Shown: positions 53,590-59,266 of the stretch, piece after piece
Layout of the letters: the number at the start of each line of letters is the position of its first letter
Position numbering within the stretch: the stretch's first letter is position 1
Position numbers and translations under genes: made by a program
Notes under the pieces: model-generated
The model's database searches: none
Told to the model about the DNA's origin: nothing
What the model saw: the letters and a program-made list of their open reading frames with translations, nothing else
Assembly: GCA_037444405.1 (NCBI GenBank)
Contig: JBBIML010000019.1
Span: 1 to 59,266, forward strand
DNA from: Armatimonadota bacterium
GTDB lineage: Bacteria; Armatimonadota; Fimbriimonadia; Fimbriimonadales; GBS-DC
DNA: 59,266 nt
Reading direction: 5' to 3'

Positions 53590-54618
53590 ATGAAAGCAAT
53601 CTGCAAAACGCAGGCTGGGGTAGGGCTGGAGCTATGCGAGGTGCCGGAGCCAACTCTTCAGCCCGATAGGGTGCTGGTGCGTATCCTGCGCACTTCACTG
53701 TGCGGCACCGATCTGCACATCTACCACTGGGATTCGTGGGCGCAGTCGCGTTTGCGTCCGCCGCTGATTATCGGGCATGAGTTCTGCGGTGTTGTGGAGG
53801 CGGTCGGTGAAGGCGTGACTCATCTTCAGCCGGGCGATTTTGTGGCGGGCGAGAGCCACATCACCTGCGGGGTCTGCAAACCGTGCCGACTGGGGCAGGC
53901 GCATGTGTGTCAGAACACGCGCATTCTGGGCGTTGATGTTGACGGCTGCTTCGCGCCCTCTATTGCTGTGCCCGCTGCGAACGCGCAGAAGACCGACCCG
54001 CGCATCCCGCCCGAGGTCGCCACTGTTCAGGACCCGCTGGGCAACGCGGTGCATGCGGTGCTGGCGACGCCGATTGCGGGCAGCACGGTGCTGATCACGG
54101 GCTGCGGCGCGATTGGGCTGTTCAGCATTGCGGTTGCCCGCGCGTGCGGCGCCACCCGCATCTATGCGACCGAAGTGCGCCCCTATCGACGCCAGCTCGC
54201 CGAGCAGATGGGCGCGGATAGGGTGCTGGACCCACAACAGGACGATGTGCTGGGCATCATTCGGCGCGAGACGGAGGGGCTGGGTGTCGATGTCGCGCTG
54301 GAGATGTCGGGGCATCCGTCGGCAATCGCGCTCATCACCGACGCGATTCGCCCCGGCGGGCACATCAGCCTGCTGGGGCTGTTCACCCAGCCAGTGCCTG
54401 TCGACCTGAATGCGCTCATCTTCAAATCTGTTCAGATTCACGCCATTCTGGGGCGGCAACTGCATGCCACATGGGAGGCGATGCAGGCACTGCTGGCGTC
54501 GGGCAGGCTCGACATCCGCCCTGCCATCACGCATATTCTGCCCTGGCAGGAGTACGAGCGGGCGTTCGATCTGACCGCTTCGGGCGCGGCGGGCAAAGTG
54601 GTGCTGAGCTGGGAGTAG
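53590..54618 (+). CDS. tdh: L-threonine 3-dehydrogenase
   Basis: SLCGTDLHIYHWDSW, GHEF, ESHITCGVCKPC...HVC, DPLGNAVH, LEMSG. Confidence 0.9.
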   Translation: MKAICKTQAGVGLELCEVPEPTLQPDRVLVRILRTSLCGTDLHIYHWDSWAQSRLRPPLIIGHEFCGVVEAVGEGVTHLQPGDFVAGESHITCGVCKPCRLGQAHVCQNTRILGVDVDGCFAPSIAVPAANAQKTDPRIPPEVATVQDPLGNAVHAVLATPIAGSTVLITGCGAIGLFSIAVARACGATRIYATEVRPYRRQLAEQMGADRVLDPQQDDVLGIIRRETEGLGVDVALEMSGHPSAIALITDAIRPGGHISLLGLFTQPVPVDLNALIFKSVQIHAILGRQLHATWEAMQALLASGRLDIRPAITHILPWQEYERAFDLTASGAAGKVVLSWE

Positions 54619-54622
54619 CCTC

Positions 54623-55030
54623 ATGCGAATCGTCGCGCTCGATTACGGCGAGAAGCGCATCGGAGCGGCGGTTGCCGAGACGGAGGTGGGTGTTGCCCTG
54701 CCCGCCGCGGTGCTGCCGAACGATTTACAGGCGGTGCTGCGCTTCCTGCAGAAGCAGAAGCCTGACCGAATCGTGGTAGGCATGCCCTATCGGCTTTCGG
54801 GCGAGGCAGGTTCGCGCGCCCAGCAGGTGCAGGCGTTTATTGAAGCGTTGCGCGCCCATCTTGAGGTTCCCATCGACACCGTCGATGAGCGGTTGAGCAG
54901 TCAGGAGGCGGAGCGCCGGCTGTTGCAGGGTGGTTATCGTCGTCGGCAGCGTCGCGCCGTTCAGGACTCCATCGCCGCCGCCCTGCTGCTGGAGACCTAC
55001 CTGCGCCGCCTGCAAACAGGGCGGGTATAA
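54623..55030 (+). CDS. ruvX: YqgF/RuvX pre-16S rRNA nuclease
   Basis: ALDYGEKRIG, VVGMP, VDERLSS, DSIAAALLLE. Confidence 0.92.
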   Translation: MRIVALDYGEKRIGAAVAETEVGVALPAAVLPNDLQAVLRFLQKQKPDRIVVGMPYRLSGEAGSRAQQVQAFIEALRAHLEVPIDTVDERLSSQEAERRLLQGGYRRRQRRAVQDSIAAALLLETYLRRLQTGRV

Positions 55031-55038
55031 TAAAGGCT

Positions 55039-55710
55039 ATGATGCGCCCGGCGCCCGATTTTCGTGCGATGGTGCAGGATAAGCTGCGCGACTTCCAGAT
55101 GGATGTGAAGGCGGAAGGCGTGCGATTGGGCGAGCTGCGCCGAATCAACGAGGACTTCGCCAACTCCTATCGCTTCAAGTGGATGAAGGCTTACTACAAG
55201 GAGCCGTTCAAGCTGCGCCTCGAATCGGAGGTGCTGTCCCGACGAATCACCTACATTATCAACGGCGGTATCAAACTGGTGATTGCGCCCGGTCAGCGTG
55301 TGCGCGATGATGTGTCCAACTCGCCTGGCAAGCGTCAGACGACCCTCGATTTCGGCTTTATCACGCCCGCCCTCGCCCGCCAGCTCGAAGCGAAATTCCA
55401 GCGCGAGGAAAAAGAGGGTGGCACGACGCTCTATGTGTTCGAACTCCGATGGAACTACGGCGACGACGAATCGACGCATATCGTGTGGCTTGACCCGCAG
55501 AAGCGCATCACGGTGCGGCGCGTGTGGTACAGTCGCACAGGCAAGTATCGCGCCCGCTTCGAATACAAGCAGCCGATCGAAGCCGCGCCCGGCATCTGGA
55601 TACCGACGCGCGTGGAGGTCTATAATGCGGCGCAACGCTTCGGCGGGCGCACGGTGAATTCCAACATCAAGGTGAATCAGGGTCTGGATGACAGCCTCTT
55701 CGCCGTCTGA
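55039..55710 (+). CDS. hypothetical protein with LolA-like fold
   Basis: YYKEPFKLRLE, WLDP, WIPTRVE, VNQGLDDSLF. Confidence 0.55.
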   Translation: MMRPAPDFRAMVQDKLRDFQMDVKAEGVRLGELRRINEDFANSYRFKWMKAYYKEPFKLRLESEVLSRRITYIINGGIKLVIAPGQRVRDDVSNSPGKRQTTLDFGFITPALARQLEAKFQREEKEGGTTLYVFELRWNYGDDESTHIVWLDPQKRITVRRVWYSRTGKYRARFEYKQPIEAAPGIWIPTRVEVYNAAQRFGGRTVNSNIKVNQGLDDSLFAV

Positions 55711-56473
55711 GCCGTTTCAGGCGGTCGCACCCTACTACGACTGCCTGATGCGTGGAATCCCCTACACCTGGTGGTTCCACTACATCGAGGCGCTGCTTGC
55801 CCATGTGCTGGAAGAGGAGAAGATAACCCCGCCCACAGGTTTTCCGCAGCGCGTGCTGGACCTCTGCTGCGGCACAGGCAACCTCACCGAGCTGTTTTAT
55901 CTTGAGGGCTATTCGGTGGTCGGCGTGGACATCTCTGCGCCGATGATTGAGCAGGCACGCCGAAAGGCGCGGGAGAGCGGTTATGAGATTCCCTACTTTG
56001 TGCAGGACGCCGCCGAGTTAGACCTGCCCTTCACCTTTGATCTGGTGGTGAGCGCGTTCGACAGCCTGAACAACATTATCGAGCCTGCGCGGTTCGCCGA
56101 GTGCCTGCAGCGCGTCCATCGCCATCTGAACCTGCCGGGGGCGTTCATTTTTGACCTGAACACCGAGTACGCCTTCGTGCATCGGATGTTTGACCAGTCG
56201 GAGCGGCGGCGCAGTGCGCCCATTCGCTATCGCTGGCGCAGCGAGTATGACCGCGCCACACGCCTCTGCACCGTGCGCATGGAGTTCTGGGTGCAGGAGG
56301 GCAATCGGGAGCGCTATTTTGTGGAGGTTCATCGTCAGCGGGCGTACAGCGAGGCGGAGGTGCGCGCGATGCTTGCCGACGCGGGCTTTCGCGTCGTTCA
56401 CGCCTACGACGCCTACAGCTTCCAGCCGCCGATGCGCGATTCGGATCGGGTGTTCTATGTGGCGTTGCGGTAG
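55688..56473 (+). CDS. class I SAM-dependent methyltransferase
   Basis: VLDLCCGTG, GVDIS, FDSLN, FIFDLNT. Confidence 0.88.
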   Translation: MTASSPSEPFQAVAPYYDCLMRGIPYTWWFHYIEALLAHVLEEEKITPPTGFPQRVLDLCCGTGNLTELFYLEGYSVVGVDISAPMIEQARRKARESGYEIPYFVQDAAELDLPFTFDLVVSAFDSLNNIIEPARFAECLQRVHRHLNLPGAFIFDLNTEYAFVHRMFDQSERRRSAPIRYRWRSEYDRATRLCTVRMEFWVQEGNRERYFVEVHRQRAYSEAEVRAMLADAGFRVVHAYDAYSFQPPMRDSDRVFYVALR

Positions 56474-57126
56474 TAGGCGCAGAGGTCGGTGAGGGGGCAC
56501 TGCTCGCACAGCGGGCGCTGCGCTTTGCAGAGGGCGCGCCCGTGCCGAATGAGCGCGACATGGAACCGATACGCCAGCTCGGGCGGCACCATCGCCTCCA
56601 GCGCCGAATGCGCCTTCGCCTCGCCGATGGAGCGCGGGATCAGCCCCAATCGCCACGACACCCGAAACACATGGGTGTCCACCGGTATCACAGGGCGTCC
56701 CATCGAGAAGCACAGCACAATCGCCGCGCACTTGGGTCCGATGCCGGGCAGACTCAGCAGGAATCGGCGGGCAGACTCGGTGTCCATCTGCTGGAGTGCG
56801 TCCAGCGAGTAGTCGCCGAACTGCTGGTAGAGGGTGCGCAGCACCGCTTGAATGCGCGGCGCCTTCTGATTTGCCAGCCCGCCCGCGCGAATGGCTGCGG
56901 CGACCTGCTCGGTGGGCGCGTCCACCACCGCCTGCCAGCTGGGGAACGCCTCCCGCAGCGCCCGAAATGCCCGAAACGAGTTGGCGTCCGAAGTGTGCTG
57001 GGAGAGAATGCAGTGGATCAGCTCCTCCAGCGGCTCCATGCGCGGCTTCCACTGCGCGACGCCATACAACGCCTCCAGCCTTTGCACCACCTGCTGAACG
57101 ACTTCCGCACCCATCACAGCAAGCAT
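56455..57126 (-). CDS. nth: endonuclease III family DNA glycosylase
   Basis: ILSQHT, HhH LPGIGPKCA, VDTHVFRV, CKAQRPLCEQCPLTDLC. Confidence 0.88.
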   Translation of the reverse strand: MLAVMGAEVVQQVVQRLEALYGVAQWKPRMEPLEELIHCILSQHTSDANSFRAFRALREAFPSWQAVVDAPTEQVAAAIRAGGLANQKAPRIQAVLRTLYQQFGDYSLDALQQMDTESARRFLLSLPGIGPKCAAIVLCFSMGRPVIPVDTHVFRVSWRLGLIPRSIGEAKAHSALEAMVPPELAYRFHVALIRHGRALCKAQRPLCEQCPLTDLCAYYRNAT

Positions 57127-57135
57127 ACCCCCCGT

Positions 57136-58503
57136 TTACTTGCCGATGCAGAAGTCCTGAAAGATGCGCTGGATGAGCGCCTCGTCGACGCTCTCGCCCG
57201 TGATTTCGCCCAGCGCCTGCCATGCCGCGCGCAGGTCGACCGCGAGCAGGTCGGCGGGCAGTTCAGCGAGCGTTGCCTGCAGCGCGCTCTCCAGATGCCG
57301 GCAGGCGTCCTCCACCGCCTGCACATGGCGCTGATGGGTCAGCAGCAGGCTCTCCTCGCCCACACCTGTCAGGTTCATCCGTTCCAGAATCGCGGTGCAG
57401 AGCCTGTCCAGCCCCGCGCCGGTGAGCGCGGAGACCTTCACGGCGACCTCCCCGACAGGCGGCGGCACGACGCTCTCCGCCACCAGATCGGCTTTGTTCC
57501 AGACGATGATGTGGGGCTTGTTCATAGGCAACCGCCTGAGCAGGGCGCAATCGTCCGCGGTCAGCCCCTCGCTCACATCGAACACAACCAGCAGTAGGTC
57601 GGCATGCTCCATCGCGCGATGCGTGCGCTCGATGCCCATCTGCTCCACGGGGTCGGGGTTTTCGCGCAGTCCAGCGGTGTCCAGCACCACGATGGGTATG
57701 CCCTGAATCTGGAACGCCTCCTCGATGAGGTCGCGCGTGGTGCCAGGAATGGGCGTAACAATCGCGCGGTCTTCGCCCAGCAGCGCGTTCAGCAGGGACG
57801 ACTTGCCCACATTGGGTCGTCCTATGATGGCGACGCGCACGCCCTCGCGCAGGAGGCGTCCCGATTGCGCCGTTCGAAGCAGCTGACCGAGCTGATCCAG
57901 CAGGGATTGAAGCCGCTGGGCAGACGATTCGCGATCCAGCTCACCAATCTCCTCCGAAAAGTCGATGGTGGCTTCCACTTCGGCTAAGAGCGCGAGCAGC
58001 TGGTCGTTCAGCTGGCGGATGGCGCGGGAAAGTTTGCCCTCGTGCAGGTAGAGGGCGGCACGAAGCTGGCTCTCGGTGCGGGCGCGAATGAGGTCGGCGA
58101 CCGCTTCCGCCTGCGCCAGATCAAGCTTGCCGTTCAAGAAGGCGCGCTGGGTGAACTCGCCCGGTTGCGCGGGTCGGGCGCCCAGCCGCCAGAGCAGGCT
58201 CAACACGCGCCGCAAAAGCAGGGGACTGCCATGGCAGCTGAGCTCGACCACATCCTCGCCCGTGTAGCTGTGCGGGGCGCGGAAAGTCAGGAGCAGGGCG
58301 CGATCCAGCACCTCGCCCGTGTCGGGATCGCAGAGGGCGCCGAAGTAGATGCGGTGGCTCTCCAGTGGGGTGGGGCGCGCCTGCCGGAATATGCGTTCGG
58401 CAAGCGTGAACGCCAGCGGTCCGCTAACCCGCACGATGCCGATGCCGCCCTCACCCGGTGGCGTCGCCACCGCCGCGATTGTGTCGCCCGAAACCTGCCC
58501 CAT
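57136..58503 (-). CDS. mnmE: tRNA modification GTPase MnmE
   Basis: [37 protein letters not shown]. Confidence 0.97.
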   Translation of the reverse strand: MGQVSGDTIAAVATPPGEGGIGIVRVSGPLAFTLAERIFRQARPTPLESHRIYFGALCDPDTGEVLDRALLLTFRAPHSYTGEDVVELSCHGSPLLLRRVLSLLWRLGARPAQPGEFTQRAFLNGKLDLAQAEAVADLIRARTESQLRAALYLHEGKLSRAIRQLNDQLLALLAEVEATIDFSEEIGELDRESSAQRLQSLLDQLGQLLRTAQSGRLLREGVRVAIIGRPNVGKSSLLNALLGEDRAIVTPIPGTTRDLIEEAFQIQGIPIVVLDTAGLRENPDPVEQMGIERTHRAMEHADLLLVVFDVSEGLTADDCALLRRLPMNKPHIIVWNKADLVAESVVPPPVGEVAVKVSALTGAGLDRLCTAILERMNLTGVGEESLLLTHQRHVQAVEDACRHLESALQATLAELPADLLAVDLRAAWQALGEITGESVDEALIQRIFQDFCIGK

Positions 58504-58546
58504 CCCTATCGAGCTTACCTCACTTCACGGCGCAAGCGACAAAAAC

Positions 58547-58697
58547 TCTCTCTACCCTCTGGGGAGAGGGTTGGGATGAGGGATTTCTTACAGGTGTGAG
58601 GCGCGTAGCCCCTCACCCGTACCCTCTCCCCCGCTGGGGGAGAGGGTGGGTGTTCCCCTCTCCCGCAGCGTGGGAGAGGGGGCAAGGGGGTGAGGGG
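58547..58697. repeat. cluster of REP-like palindromes (BIME-like)
   Basis: ccctctcccccgctgggggagaggg and cccctctcccgcagcgtgggagagggg bracketed by ccctcacc...ggtgaggg. Confidence 0.85.
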
Positions 58698-58698
58698 T

Positions 58699-59266
58699 TT
58701 ACGGCTTGCTCTTCTCATTCGGACCAGGCTCGACTTCAGGGCGATAGAAAATCCCGCGCTCCTTCGGCTGACCGTACAGCTCTGGATGCAGGTACTTGCC
58801 CTTGATCTCGTCCCCCTTCTCCTGCTCCGTCTGGTAGCCGTACCGCTGTACCCACAGGTCGTTGCGGATGGCTTTGACCTCCCAGCTAACCTTCACGAAC
58901 GGCTTGCTGGTGCGGATGACGAACTGATTGTTCTGGATTTCGCGTACGACCTTCGCCAGCACGAAGTCGTCGCTGGCGTCGATGACCGTCAGGTGGTAGG
59001 TGGGGTCGCGATTGACGGCTTCGAAGTAGGCGGGCAGCTGGATGACGGCGTAGCCCTGCGCGTCGGTGACCACATTGCCCTGATAGAGGTTGTAGGGTTC
59101 AGGACCTTCGGCGCAGAAGTGGTTCAAGTAATGGGTTTCGGGGCTGAGCGGGTGGTCTATCTGGAACGACTTGGTGCCGGTGGCGGCGAAGCGTCCAGCC
59201 GAGAAGACGCCGTAGCCATTGGGGCTGTCGCTTTGCCCATACACGCCGTAGGTCGCGCCTGTGGTG
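58699..59266 (-). CDS. 3' part of a protein with a fibre/chaperone-like C-terminal domain, truncated by the window edge
   Basis: Repetitive GVYG-type segment then GTKSFQIDHP, YLNHFC.EGPEP, LPAYFEAVN, VSWEVKAIRND. Confidence 0.65.
   Translation of the reverse strand, partial: TTGATYGVYGQSDSPNGYGVFSAGRFAATGTKSFQIDHPLSPETHYLNHFCAEGPEPYNLYQGNVVTDAQGYAVIQLPAYFEAVNRDPTYHLTVIDASDDFVLAKVVREIQNNQFVIRTSKPFVKVSWEVKAIRNDLWVQRYGYQTEQEKGDEIKGKYLHPELYGQPKERGIFYRPEVEPGPNEKSKP

Noticed and set aside
58547..58697. Possible CRISPR array, or the short ORFs 58349-58805
   Set aside because: No regular repeat-spacer period and no cas genes; the ORFs are translations of the palindromic repeat

Overview
GC-rich bacterial chromosomal window of about 55 mostly housekeeping genes. 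A PEP-CTERM protein, LpxB, Lnt and lineage-typical secreted-protein fragments suggest Armatimonadota, but this is inference. Recognisable genes include an AddB-like nuclease, mreBCD, glutamate dehydrogenase, mlaEF, thiS-thiO, lpxB, a flippase/AglQ-like/GT2 trio, mgtA, glycerate kinase, SOD, lnt, rpmE, pyrC, pdhABC, a tricorn protease, tdh, ruvX, nth and mnmE. I saw no rRNA, tRNA, CRISPR array, transposase or prophage. The most interesting signals are: (1) a tandem pair of PIN toxin-antitoxin modules with near-identical blocks flanking strongly diverged cores, with a decayed piece of the neighbouring tricorn gene between them; (2) a palindromic REP-like repeat family inserted in frame inside pdhC and lnt; (3) a SOD with a possible Tat-exported long form and cytoplasmic short form from two in-frame starts; (4) a clostripain-family protein with Ser at the catalytic Cys position; (5) a stand-alone HsdR_N-DUF5655-like nuclease directly upstream of the pdh operon; (6) many genes with a TANNNT -10 box 6-9 nt before the start codon. 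All family assignments are from motif recognition, not database searches.
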